From the NCBI GenBank assembly GCA_002403515.1, contig DHHZ01000127.1, positions 24,180 through 88,179 of the forward strand: a stretch of DNA of 64,000 nt, given 5' to 3'. Both the position numbers and the translations under genes were made by a program. Position 1 is the stretch's first letter, and every line of letters starts with the position of its first letter. Origin of the DNA: Legionellales bacterium UBA4759. Its GTDB lineage: Bacteria; Pseudomonadota; Gammaproteobacteria; Legionellales; Legionellaceae. The notes below the pieces were generated by a model. The model was not told where the DNA came from, searched no databases, and saw only the letters and a list, made by a program, of their open reading frames with translations. Positions 23,093 to 32,425 of this stretch are shown piece by piece.

Positions 23093-24781
23093 TTATAAAT
23101 TTAAATTTTGCAGAGAAGACATCTGGCTTTGCTTCTGAAATTGATAGCGATAAAAACTATTTTTCCAAAGCACAGATTCCTTCTTGGCTTTACTGTTGAT
23201 TTCTTCAAGCAATTTATCTGGGGTTATCAGATTGAGGTGAAATTCAACAGCTAAAGTCATTGCCATGGCACGCATGCTTTGGGGGTTTTTGGCAACATCT
23301 TCTTTTATTTTTTCAAATAAAGCATGTGATTTGTCAGAAAACTGTTCGCAATCTTTTAAATGTGTATCTGTAGATTGATTAAGTGCAAATAATAGTGTTT
23401 TATAAATATCGAAGTAATGTCTTAAAATACTTTGATAATAGGTTTGTTCGCATGCATCAATAAAGTTGTAGAGTGCCAAATGGTTCAAGGTATCGAGGTA
23501 GTAGCTGGCAACAACGGTTCTTTTGATTTTTTCAGCTTGATGAAAAGATGCTCCAGTTAAAACCGAATGCAAAATAATAGTATTAAACGTATAGAAATTT
23601 TTTAATCGCTGGCATAGCAACTCATGGATATTGGCAATAAATAAAGGAATACCCACAATAAGCTTTATTAACCAGATGAAATAATTGAATAGCCAAATGA
23701 AAGAAAAATCTCCCAATATGGAGCGGGCATGTTTTCTTAAAACCAATTGGGTGAAAAAACTTGCGCGATAGGGTGTAAATTTGTTTTGATAAAATTCAGA
23801 TTTAGTTTTTTCATCTTGAATGGTCGCTAAGGGACAAAAATTTTCATCAGAGGGTATATTGAGCTCAGCAAAAGATATATGGTAGGTTTTTTTAAGGTTT
23901 TTGGATAAAACATAAGCTACTTTTTGAGATTCAGAATCAAGCATTAAAAATATTTGATGAGCTGATTTTGGATATTGTTCTATATCTTGGAGTGACTCTA
24001 CAAAAATTAATTCTTCACTGGGCTTACTAAAAAGAGTTTTATGCCAAAGCTTACCAAGGAAGCTTGGACCGGGCCCAAACACAAATAATAAGCGTTGACT
24101 GCATTGTTCAAGAGTATTTTCGTTATTTTCAAAATATTCACTGGGCAAAGGTTCAATACAACCACCATCCAAATGTTTTTGATCATTTATCCATACCGAT
24201 TTAAATACACCAGGTATTGCTGAGGACGCGATACAAGCCTGCGCTACGGAACAGTTTGGAGTTTTTTTAGCATCGTATATGCAAAGCTTGCCAGTATGAT
24301 TTTCTTGCATCGTAGAGGTGGTAATGATTTTTTTGAATTTTTTTGGAAAATGGTGATGTAAGATGGCTAAATCATTAAAAGTAATTTCATAATCTGCTTT
24401 TTCATGGATTCGGGCTAATAAATTAGAAAGGTCGCTTGGTAATTTTGAACATTTTTGGAGATAATTTAAAATATGTTTTTTGAGGTAATCGTTGATAAAG
24501 TTTTTGAGGGATTCCAAGCTTAAAGAAAAGGGAATAAGAGATTGTTTAATGCTTATGATATCTAAAAAATCTTTATCTAGGGTATCGGCTTTTAATTCGT
24601 CCAGCTCTGGAGACACAGAAAATAATGCAGATGTTATTGAGCCAACAGAGGTACCAGCGAGTGTTTCAACATTATCCCATAATCCATTTGCTGATTTTAA
24701 AGCGTAGTACACGCCAGGCATTCCAGCGCCACGAGCACCACCACCATTGAATACCAATTCTTTAACAATTTTTTTATGCAT
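23093..24781 (-). CDS. Patatin-like phospholipase with a long C-terminal extension
   Basis: Oxyanion motif GGGARG, nucleophile elbow GTSVGS, catalytic Asp in LDGG. A roughly 300-aa C-terminal domain with a hydrophobic segment ([22 protein letters not shown]). Confidence 0.85.
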   Translation of the reverse strand: MHKKIVKELVFNGGGARGAGMPGVYYALKSANGLWDNVETLAGTSVGSITSALFSVSPELDELKADTLDKDFLDIISIKQSLIPFSLSLESLKNFINDYLKKHILNYLQKCSKLPSDLSNLLARIHEKADYEITFNDLAILHHHFPKKFKKIITTSTMQENHTGKLCIYDAKKTPNCSVAQACIASSAIPGVFKSVWINDQKHLDGGCIEPLPSEYFENNENTLEQCSQRLLFVFGPGPSFLGKLWHKTLFSKPSEELIFVESLQDIEQYPKSAHQIFLMLDSESQKVAYVLSKNLKKTYHISFAELNIPSDENFCPLATIQDEKTKSEFYQNKFTPYRASFFTQLVLRKHARSILGDFSFIWLFNYFIWLIKLIVGIPLFIANIHELLCQRLKNFYTFNTIILHSVLTGASFHQAEKIKRTVVASYYLDTLNHLALYNFIDACEQTYYQSILRHYFDIYKTLLFALNQSTDTHLKDCEQFSDKSHALFEKIKEDVAKNPQSMRAMAMTLAVEFHLNLITPDKLLEEINSKAKKESVLWKNSFYRYQFQKQSQMSSLQNLNL

Positions 24782-25010
24782 AAGCGAAATATGATCTAAA
24801 AATGGTTTTCTTGAAACATTTTACATCATACATGATTTTTTTACAACAACTGTGTTCTTTAAAAGAACTGCTTTTGGTCCTTGAGTTAGAGCTGACTTAT
24901 ATCCTATTTTCTGGTCATAAATTTTAAACCCCCTCAATACTTAGTGTTCGTCAAAAAATAATACAAATCTATTCTATAATTGAATTAGGACTTTTTTGAA
25001 GCGAGTGAAA

Positions 25011-26162
25011 ATGAACTCAGTCGTTTTATCCTCTTGGGGAATGATTTATCATCATCTTTCAGATGAACAAATTGTTCATGCAGCATTTCATGATGAAGAT
25101 CTTTTTTTTCAAAAGGGCTCTAAAATCTACCCCAATCCTCTGACGCCAAGAGAAAATAAAATGATTGCTTTGCATGCATTGCTTGGAATACTTGCTGTCG
25201 AAGAGGCGTGGACGAAAGCATGTTTAGGAGAGCAAAGAAATTTATTATTTGGAAGAGGCCCTCGATTCCGTCAAGCTCGAGCTGCTGTTATTGCAGGAAC
25301 TAACATGGGCTCCCTAGGACATATTCCATTCGATAAAACACCTGATTTATATTCATCATCTAAATTCAGGCACAATGCTTTGGCAGCCCCTATTGCCATA
25401 CGTTTTGGATTAGGGGGTGGGGATTTTTCACTTTGTGCTTCAAGTGCTACAGGTGGTGAAGCGATTTGGCTTGCTGCCAATCTTATTCAAATGAATTTGA
25501 TTGATGTTGCGGTGGTGGTTTGCTCAGAATTAACCAATGATTTTTCAAATGAGTTACTAAAGTTGATGGGTGTAAAATCTGCTTCTGGAACTGAACGCCC
25601 CTTGAGTGTGCAACGAGATGGTATGCGGGCTGTGGAAAGTGCCGTTGCTCTAATTTTAGAATCCGAAGAACATGCAAAACAAAGGAATTTTCAGCCTATG
25701 GCCAGATGGCTTTCAGGTAGTGTTAAAAATGAATGTTATCAATTATTAGCCCCTGATGAATCGATGAACGCTTTAGAGGAGGCTTTTTTGGATACCCTCA
25801 AAGCTATCGGTTTAGAATCCTCTCAAATCGATTGGATTTCTTTGCATGCAACCGGCACAAAAATATGGGATCCTTTAGAGATTGGATTATTCAAGAAATT
25901 ATTTCCCAAAATTATGCCTCATCTATCTGCATTTAAAAGAACGTTTGGACATGGTCGAAGTACAGCTTGTCTCATGGCCTCTGCAATGATTGCTGAGGGT
26001 TTGAAAAATAATCAAACACCTGTTTTACCAGCAGATATAGATCCACTCTTTAAGCTGGACTTATCACTGATTCAGCACAAAAGCCCCAAACTTGCCATGC
26101 ATTGGTCAGCTGGCATGGGCGGCACGATGGTTGTGAATCTTTTTCAGTCTCTAACAGATTAA
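25011..26162 (+). CDS. Orphan beta-ketoacyl synthase (KAS I/II-like, Cys-His-His)
   Basis: Candidate catalytic triad: LCASSATG (Cys), SLHATGT (His), FGHGRS (His). An alternative TTG start lies at 24996. No ACP, AT or KR genes nearby. Confidence 0.75.
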   Translation: MNSVVLSSWGMIYHHLSDEQIVHAAFHDEDLFFQKGSKIYPNPLTPRENKMIALHALLGILAVEEAWTKACLGEQRNLLFGRGPRFRQARAAVIAGTNMGSLGHIPFDKTPDLYSSSKFRHNALAAPIAIRFGLGGGDFSLCASSATGGEAIWLAANLIQMNLIDVAVVVCSELTNDFSNELLKLMGVKSASGTERPLSVQRDGMRAVESAVALILESEEHAKQRNFQPMARWLSGSVKNECYQLLAPDESMNALEEAFLDTLKAIGLESSQIDWISLHATGTKIWDPLEIGLFKKLFPKIMPHLSAFKRTFGHGRSTACLMASAMIAEGLKNNQTPVLPADIDPLFKLDLSLIQHKSPKLAMHWSAGMGGTMVVNLFQSLTD

Positions 26163-26291
26163 GCGCATGATTATTTGATAAGGTGTTTTGTCTAAAATCT
26201 CTAGGCTTGGGAATGACAAAAATGAAATAATCTATCAAAAAATCAATTAAATGATTATAATTGGGATTATTTTTAAGAAATCCTAGGCTTT

Positions 26292-26555
26292 ATGAGTAAA
26301 AATTTAGAAAAAGCGCGTATTTTATGGTGTTGTCGACGTGGCATGTTAGAACTGGATTTGTTGTTGGGTCGGTTTATGGAAATCGGTTTTGATAGTCTAG
26401 ATGATGCTAAAAAAAATACTTTTAAGAAAATTCTTGAAGAGTCAGATCCTGATTTGTATGCATGGCTTATGGGATATGAACAACCTAAGTCTCAAGAGTT
26501 TATTGAATTTATTCATTGGTTCAGAACGCATTATTGTCATGTGAAACCACAATGA
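26292..26555 (+). CDS. sdhE: FAD assembly factor SdhE (YgfY/DUF339 family)
   Basis: 87 aa, conserved RGxxE motif in WCCRRGMLELDLLL. Confidence 0.85.
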   Translation: MSKNLEKARILWCCRRGMLELDLLLGRFMEIGFDSLDDAKKNTFKKILEESDPDLYAWLMGYEQPKSQEFIEFIHWFRTHYCHVKPQ

Positions 26556-27487
26556 CAAACAATACCTTTTGTTTTTCAACATCATCGCCTACAGCCATTC
26601 TGCTGGGGCGAGAGTTAAAAAAAAACAATTGGAAACCAAGCCTCAATGGATGTTTGAATGATGCAATTTTTGATATTCCTGATGAATTATCGAATACACT
26701 CGAATTTAAGCATTGTTTGGCCGAATTCTTGCAAAAAAAAGATTTGAATCTTGCGCCCCAAACTTTTTATATTGATGATGATAATTACCCTCAAGTGATT
26801 GATAAGCTTTCAGAGGGGGTATGGATTTTAAAACCATCCATGCTCAATAATGGCCAGCATATCAAGTTATTTTATAATAAAGCAGACATTTATCGACATT
26901 ATCAATTGTCTAATCGCATGGGCGGGCCACATGTGATTCAGGCATATATTCATCCACCTCATTTGTTAAAAGGTCCTCAAGCAGGGCATAAATACAGTAT
27001 TCGAATGTTTGTGGTTATGATTTTTCCTTACGCGGTTTTTTTATATCCGCACGGTTATTTCAATATTTCTTTAACCCCTTATGATATTTCTCAACAACAA
27101 ACTTTGTTGGGGCATTTAACCAACGAACATTTGACCCATGATACACGCAACGTTATTCAAATTCCCTCATACCAATATGAGATATTTCTTAATTTTTTTC
27201 CAAAAATTCAAGCATTATTGAGAGATTTTTTTAGTCAATATGCCAGCATCGTTGATAAAAATATTCAACAGAAAATCGCATTTTTAGGAGTGGATTTTAT
27301 GTTGGATGCCAATGAAAATCTTTTTCTTTTGGAAATGAATCATGGGCCATGTTTTCCTACCGATGATTCGCATCCACTTCAAGAAAAGTTATATCAAGGA
27401 TTTTGGCAGGCCTGTGTGCAAGAGATGATTCCAAAGATTTTAAATCCTTGGGATAACAATTTAAAACTCTTTCATCAATTGTGTTAA
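26552..27487 (+). CDS. Tubulin-tyrosine-ligase (TTL) family ATP-grasp protein, eukaryotic-like
   Basis: WILKPSMLNNGQHIKLF, VIQAYI.PPHLL......HKYSIRMFVV, HLTNEHL and FLGVDFMLDANENLFLLEMNHGP match the TTL-family core blocks. The ATG at 26552 overlaps the sdhE stop (ATGA). Confidence 0.78.
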   Translation: MTNNTFCFSTSSPTAILLGRELKKNNWKPSLNGCLNDAIFDIPDELSNTLEFKHCLAEFLQKKDLNLAPQTFYIDDDNYPQVIDKLSEGVWILKPSMLNNGQHIKLFYNKADIYRHYQLSNRMGGPHVIQAYIHPPHLLKGPQAGHKYSIRMFVVMIFPYAVFLYPHGYFNISLTPYDISQQQTLLGHLTNEHLTHDTRNVIQIPSYQYEIFLNFFPKIQALLRDFFSQYASIVDKNIQQKIAFLGVDFMLDANENLFLLEMNHGPCFPTDDSHPLQEKLYQGFWQACVQEMIPKILNPWDNNLKLFHQLC

Positions 27488-27528
27488 TTTGTGTATACTT
27501 AAGTGTTTAAAAAATTGGGGGAAAGGGA

Positions 27529-28221
27529 ATGCGTAAGTGGGTTTTGTGGGGGCACCAATTCGCCGAATATCAGGACATGTTTGATTTACCCCAGCAACCA
27601 AATGAAAAAAAAATTTTAGAATTGGCTTGTGGTCCTACTTTAGTCAATCATGAATTGACGCAAAAGAATTATCATGTTGTCAGCTGCGATCCATGGTTTG
27701 ATGCTGATAAAGCTAAAATGCAAGAACGATTTTCTGAGAATTTTGATGCACAAGTTCAAAATATTCATCATCATCCAGAACGATTTGATTTAAAAAAATA
27801 TGGTGGAGTTGAGCACTTAATTACTCATCGTCACCATAATATGGATATATTTTTTGATGATTTTCAAGAAGGTTATCAGGAAAAACGTTATCAAAAACTC
27901 AATTCATTGGAACATCTGAATTTTGACAATTCAAGTTTTGATTTGGTACTTTGTGCAAATTATTTGTTTACAGACTTGTATGAACAAGATGTTGATTTTC
28001 ACGTGAATTTTATCCAAGAAATGGTACGCGTTGCACATGATGTAAGAATTTATCCTTTGACCAATTATAAGGCTAAACCCTCTCAGATTTTAGGACCTGT
28101 GCTTTTGGCTCTCCAACAACAAGGATTTCAAGTCATTATTCAAGAGGTGCCATTTCGTTTTGTACCTGAAAGTAAAGCGATGCTTAGAATTCAGTCAGGT
28201 CGTTGTGATTTAAGCTTTTAG
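27529..28221 (+). CDS. Putative class I SAM-dependent methyltransferase
   Basis: Motif I-like ILELACGPT, post-I acidic VVSCDP, motif II-like FDLVLCANYLF. GGGGGAAAGGGA RBS region upstream. Confidence 0.55.
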   Translation: MRKWVLWGHQFAEYQDMFDLPQQPNEKKILELACGPTLVNHELTQKNYHVVSCDPWFDADKAKMQERFSENFDAQVQNIHHHPERFDLKKYGGVEHLITHRHHNMDIFFDDFQEGYQEKRYQKLNSLEHLNFDNSSFDLVLCANYLFTDLYEQDVDFHVNFIQEMVRVAHDVRIYPLTNYKAKPSQILGPVLLALQQQGFQVIIQEVPFRFVPESKAMLRIQSGRCDLSF

Positions 28222-28232
28222 AAAGGATAGAC

Positions 28233-29669
28233 ATGCCTGTTTTTCAACAAACTATTTATTTAAAGCAGCTGATTGATGAGGCGATAGAGTCAAAATCTCA
28301 TCCGTATCATTTGAAAGTTGCAGTTTTGCATTCTTTAGAGTCACAGTTTGGTTTATTTCAATTGCGAAATATTCTAAACAGTGCTCGAAATGACCATTTG
28401 GTCGCGGCATTAAGAAATTTTTTGAAAACCCGTTGGAACTATCTTAAAAATACAGATATGCAGTATTGCCAGGATTTTGAGAGTCCATTAAATCATGTTT
28501 GTATCAAAATCGCCGAGATTTTGCATAATTTATGTGGGGGTGCAAGTTTAGGTTATTTAATGCCCAGTTTAAAACAAGTGACGGCTGATAACTATATATC
28601 CTCTTCATATACCGAAGAATCTTTGAATATGCGATTTTTGGTGTTGAATGATGAGGCTAACAGAATTATACATATCGAAGATGTCTTGGATTTTGCGATT
28701 CTTGACGGTAAGTTAAAACACAATTCAACTTTTGCTAGGGCTGAACGTGAGCTTAGTCTTACTGAATCTCATCGAGTGCTGTCGCGTCATGAAACGGTTG
28801 ATTTTTTCTTTAGCGCTATTTCTGATAAAGTCCATCACCAATTGCATGGCGAAACGTTAGGAGCATATTTACAGCGTTTAATTAATGGGTTGACTCTTGG
28901 AAATGTTGATCATGAAGGTACTGAGTTTAACGCAGCTCCTCAGGCCAATATTGCCATCGCTGAATTTGCCATATTTTTAGATACGCTTGATAAAAAAACT
29001 TACCGTGCTTTCATGAATATGAGTACTTTATATGAATCCTTATCAAGCACTAGAGAAGAAACTTATTCTATTCATGATTGTTGGGAGCGTTTAATTCATA
29101 AAACCTTGCCTGATGCCAGTGTTGGAACTTACTGTATTAAAATGATAGGTCATGAATTAGAAAACATTTTGGAAGAAAATCCAGAAATGTATCAAATGAC
29201 TGCATTCCAAGATACTGGAATTATAAGCCTAGATACTTTAATTGAACGCACCGAACAAGCTAAAAATGCCATGCTTGAGGCTTTCCAAAACCCTATTCCA
29301 AGACATCTTTGTTATGGCGCAGAGCATGAGCAAGCGACTATTGATTTTCTAGCCGAAAAGATTGCTAAAAACCCTCAATTTATGCTTGATAAACAAAGTA
29401 TTTGTTTCTTTGTAGAAACTTTGTATGAAAATCTGGGCCAAGATAATACGTATTTAATCGAAAATTGTCGGAAAATTCTAACACATGTTCATCAAGTCTA
29501 TTCCAGTAATCTTAAAAGACAATCAATGGAAATGATGTCAGCACCTGTACGCGATTTGTTTAACCAATTGTCACCACGACAAACCTTAAGTTCCGGTGGT
29601 TCATTATTTATGCCAAGAAAAAAATTGCGTGTGGATAATGCCATAGAAGTTAATCAGCAAGCCATTTAA
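28233..29669 (+). CDS. Hypothetical 478-aa protein, predicted mostly alpha-helical, no recognisable domain
   Basis: Long ORF starting 11 nt after the methyltransferase stop, with an AGGA RBS. I recognise no motif. Confidence 0.7.
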   Translation: MPVFQQTIYLKQLIDEAIESKSHPYHLKVAVLHSLESQFGLFQLRNILNSARNDHLVAALRNFLKTRWNYLKNTDMQYCQDFESPLNHVCIKIAEILHNLCGGASLGYLMPSLKQVTADNYISSSYTEESLNMRFLVLNDEANRIIHIEDVLDFAILDGKLKHNSTFARAERELSLTESHRVLSRHETVDFFFSAISDKVHHQLHGETLGAYLQRLINGLTLGNVDHEGTEFNAAPQANIAIAEFAIFLDTLDKKTYRAFMNMSTLYESLSSTREETYSIHDCWERLIHKTLPDASVGTYCIKMIGHELENILEENPEMYQMTAFQDTGIISLDTLIERTEQAKNAMLEAFQNPIPRHLCYGAEHEQATIDFLAEKIAKNPQFMLDKQSICFFVETLYENLGQDNTYLIENCRKILTHVHQVYSSNLKRQSMEMMSAPVRDLFNQLSPRQTLSSGGSLFMPRKKLRVDNAIEVNQQAI

Positions 29670-29682
29670 TGACTTGCTGATT
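29652..29682. terminator. Hairpin spanning the stop codon of the 478-aa ORF
   Basis: 10-bp stem aatcagcaag / cttgctgatt with an 11-nt loop, between convergent genes. Confidence 0.4.
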
Positions 29683-29706
29683 GAAAGTGACATTCATAAC
29701 TTACAT

Positions 29707-29889
29707 TTAAGAAACTTTTGCAGGGTGATATTCTCCAGACCCATCACATCCAACCTTATTTTTGCAAAGATGATGATGTTTAATATGCTTCCATTTCTTG
29801 GCATGGCTTGTTGTAGTGGCATCATAGAAAGCAGCAAAAGTATTAAATGCAAATAATGATAAAATAATTGTGCATAATAGTTTTTTCAT
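29707..29889 (-). CDS. Small secreted His/Lys-rich peptide (60-aa precursor)
   Basis: Signal peptide MKKLLCTIILSLFAFNTFA and a GGAGGGA RBS upstream. The mature ~41 aa contain HIKHHH and a CKNKVGC loop. Confidence 0.55.
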   Translation of the reverse strand: MKKLLCTIILSLFAFNTFAAFYDATTTSHAKKWKHIKHHHLCKNKVGCDGSGEYHPAKVS

Positions 29890-29920
29890 GGATCCCTCCT
29901 AAATAATGTATCCATCTTTA

Positions 29921-30499
29921 TTATAGACTAATTTTCAAACAATCAATTATTTTTTTTGTCAAATTAAGTGGTAGTCCCATGACACTGAAATAACAACCAT
30001 CAATTTTTTGAATAAATTGTCCAAAATAGCTCTGTATCCCATAAGCACCTGCTTTATCTTGGTACTGATTAAGATTCAGATAATTTTCTATATTTTGGTG
30101 AGATAGTTTATCAATAAATACTGTTGTAAATTGGGTTTGAATGTCTTCAAAATCTTTGAATTTAATACCAACACTGGTCAATACTTCATGTGCTTGATTA
30201 GAATAGCTTTTTAGCATTTGATATGCATCTAATCTATCTTTGGGTTTGCCATAGATTCTATTGTGCATCACCACTTCAGTATCGGCACAAAGCACAGGAC
30301 GAATAGGAAGATGATTTTCAAGCATATATTGCCAAGCTGCCAATAATTTTTCGTGGGTTATGCGTTGAGAATATTCCAATGGCGATTCTGGGGGTTGGTA
30401 TTCTTCTGGAATATCAATGTCTAGGACTTCAAATTCAATATCCATTTGTTTTAAAAGTTCCTGACGTCTGGGGCTTTTGGAGGCGAGATAAATCATCAT
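29921..30499 (-). CDS. maf: Maf-like nucleoside triphosphate pyrophosphatase
   Basis: IYLASKSPRRQELL, ADT.V and KAGAYGIQ motifs. Confidence 0.9.
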   Translation of the reverse strand: MMIYLASKSPRRQELLKQMDIEFEVLDIDIPEEYQPPESPLEYSQRITHEKLLAAWQYMLENHLPIRPVLCADTEVVMHNRIYGKPKDRLDAYQMLKSYSNQAHEVLTSVGIKFKDFEDIQTQFTTVFIDKLSHQNIENYLNLNQYQDKAGAYGIQSYFGQFIQKIDGCYFSVMGLPLNLTKKIIDCLKISL

Positions 30500-30638
30500 G
30501 ATAAGAATTTTGAAATATGAAATTAGAAATTTTAAACTATACTGCCTATGAGTTAAAGGAAGTTTATATTTTTAAATTTCGTAATTTTGAGATAGTTCAT
30601 CTATTTGGTGCAAAGTTTAGGTGATTCAGAAAAGCTTA

Positions 30639-32288
30639 TTATGGGGGGGTTAGATAAATGATTTTATCAGTAATTTTTTTGATAAAATCTATGCGATGAT
30701 CAATGATGATAATAATTTTTTCATCAGAAATTGTTTTTAAAATTTTGTGAAAATCCTCTATAAAACGAGCATCTAGGTGATTGCAGGGCTCATCAAAAAG
30801 TAGTATTTCAGAGTTTGAGTAAAGCGATCTGGCTAGAGCGATGCGTTGAATTTCACCACCAGATAGCATAACATTTTTTTCATTTAAAACGGTATTCATT
30901 GCCTCAGGTAGACTATCAATAAATGCTTGTAAACCGACTAAGGTAATAATCTCGTCGAGTTTTTTAAAATTAATTTCATGATGTCTTAATGTTAAATTAA
31001 AAATGAGGGTGTCATTAAAAATATGACTGTTTTGAGGCATTAGTGAAATTTTTTTTCGCCAAGATTTTTCATTAAATTGATATATACTTTTTTTATTAAC
31101 CAATATATTGCCTTCAAGTGGTGAATTAAAGCCAAGTAAAAGTTTTAATATCGTTGTTTTGCCAGAACCATTTTTACCAACAATGCCTAGAATATCGCCT
31201 CTTTTAATTTGAAGGGATAAATTCTTAAAAAGATAATTTGTCTGGGTCAGGTATTTAAAAGAAATTTTTTCTAAATGAATATCATTAATTTTTTCTTTAA
31301 GATTATTTTTTCCAAAAATAGTTAATTCATTTTTTTTGCAATGATTGATGATAGGCGTAAGTCGCTGGAAGAGAGTTTTAATCGTTTTAAAATTAATAAC
31401 ATACTCTCCTAAGTGACTGATAGGTTCAGCGATGATTTCTGCATACATCAAAAAAACAATTAATAATGATGCTGACATTTGACCTTTTAAAATAAAGTAT
31501 GCACCACACCAAATCACAGTGACAACGCCAAGTAGCTCGGCGACATAATTAAGAGGTAATATTTTTGCTTCTATATTAAGAAGCTTTTTTTTGTTAAGCA
31601 TATAATTATCTGTAAGTTTATTCAGAGTACGAGTTACTTTTTTTTCAAGACCAAAAATTTTAATAATTTGTAAACCTAAGAACATATCTTGCAGTTTAGA
31701 TGATAAAGATATTAGATTATTTTGACTTAATTTATTTTTTTCTATCAATGGGTTACCTAGATATTGACTAAGGATAATCGATAAAACGCAGTAAGATAAA
31801 AAGATAAGAAATATGAGTTTATTTGTTTGATACAAAAAACTTAATATTAAAATAAAAATAAATAAATGTATTAAGAAAAATTTAAAAAATTCAAATAATT
31901 TTACCTCTAGGAGAGAGAGGTCTTGGATAATATGATGCAAAACTTTAGATTTATTCAAGTGAGAAGATAAACTGATATTTTCAAAAATTATATTTTGATA
32001 AAAATATTTTCTTAATTTTGTTGTGATTTCTTGAATAAGATATCCAATATTTTTCATGCACAAATAAAAGACATAATAAGTGCTGGAGAGCAGTAATAAT
32101 AGCTTAAATCCCAATTGATTAATTTTACTGATGTTTTGTCCAGTTAGAGCAATATCAATAACTTGCTGAAGCACCAAGGGAATATTCACACAAAATAATG
32201 ATAAAATTATACTCAATAAAACATACAAGCAAATACGAAGTTTTTCATCCGCTAGACAAATTTGATATAAAAATCGAAAAATATTCAT
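30639..32288 (-). CDS. ABC exporter (6-TM domain plus NBD), peptide or lipopeptide export type
   Basis: Hydrophobic N-terminal half. Walker A GKNGSGKTT, signature LSGGEIQRIALARSL, Walker B ILLFDEP. Divergent from the NRPS gene. Confidence 0.88.
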   Translation of the reverse strand: MNIFRFLYQICLADEKLRICLYVLLSIILSLFCVNIPLVLQQVIDIALTGQNISKINQLGFKLLLLLSSTYYVFYLCMKNIGYLIQEITTKLRKYFYQNIIFENISLSSHLNKSKVLHHIIQDLSLLEVKLFEFFKFFLIHLFIFILILSFLYQTNKLIFLIFLSYCVLSIILSQYLGNPLIEKNKLSQNNLISLSSKLQDMFLGLQIIKIFGLEKKVTRTLNKLTDNYMLNKKKLLNIEAKILPLNYVAELLGVVTVIWCGAYFILKGQMSASLLIVFLMYAEIIAEPISHLGEYVINFKTIKTLFQRLTPIINHCKKNELTIFGKNNLKEKINDIHLEKISFKYLTQTNYLFKNLSLQIKRGDILGIVGKNGSGKTTILKLLLGFNSPLEGNILVNKKSIYQFNEKSWRKKISLMPQNSHIFNDTLIFNLTLRHHEINFKKLDEIITLVGLQAFIDSLPEAMNTVLNEKNVMLSGGEIQRIALARSLYSNSEILLFDEPCNHLDARFIEDFHKILKTISDEKIIIIIDHRIDFIKKITDKIIYLTPP

Positions 32289-32425
32289 GCTGATGTCTTT
32301 GGTTAAATTTCGTATAAGATTTTTTAAATCTAAATAAATTATAGTTGGTAATTTAGAAAATAATGTGGATGAAAAGGACTTTTTTTATTAATCTAAATTA
32401 AAAGGATTTTTTTAAGAATTTTCAA

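Noticed and set aside
29674..29856. The 60-aa ORF on the + strand opposite the small secreted peptide gene.
   Set aside because: It has no RBS or signal and is Cys/Met-rich nonsense-like sequence. The minus-strand ORF has a GGAGGGA RBS and a textbook signal peptide.
30523..30536. ttagaaattttaaa resembles the LetA/GacA-type box TNAGAAATTTCTNA, which would hint at an RsmY/RsmZ-like sRNA in the maf-ABC intergenic region.
   Set aside because: The right half-site is degenerate. The ~100 nt downstream contain only one GGA motif and no terminator hairpin, so this is compatible with chance in AT-rich DNA.
32327..32398. The direct 9-mer aatctaaat occurs twice (32327 and 32390) in the divergent ABC/NRPS promoter region.
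   Set aside because: It is short, the sequence is very AT-rich and there is no dyad symmetry. I cannot distinguish it from chance without genome-wide statistics.
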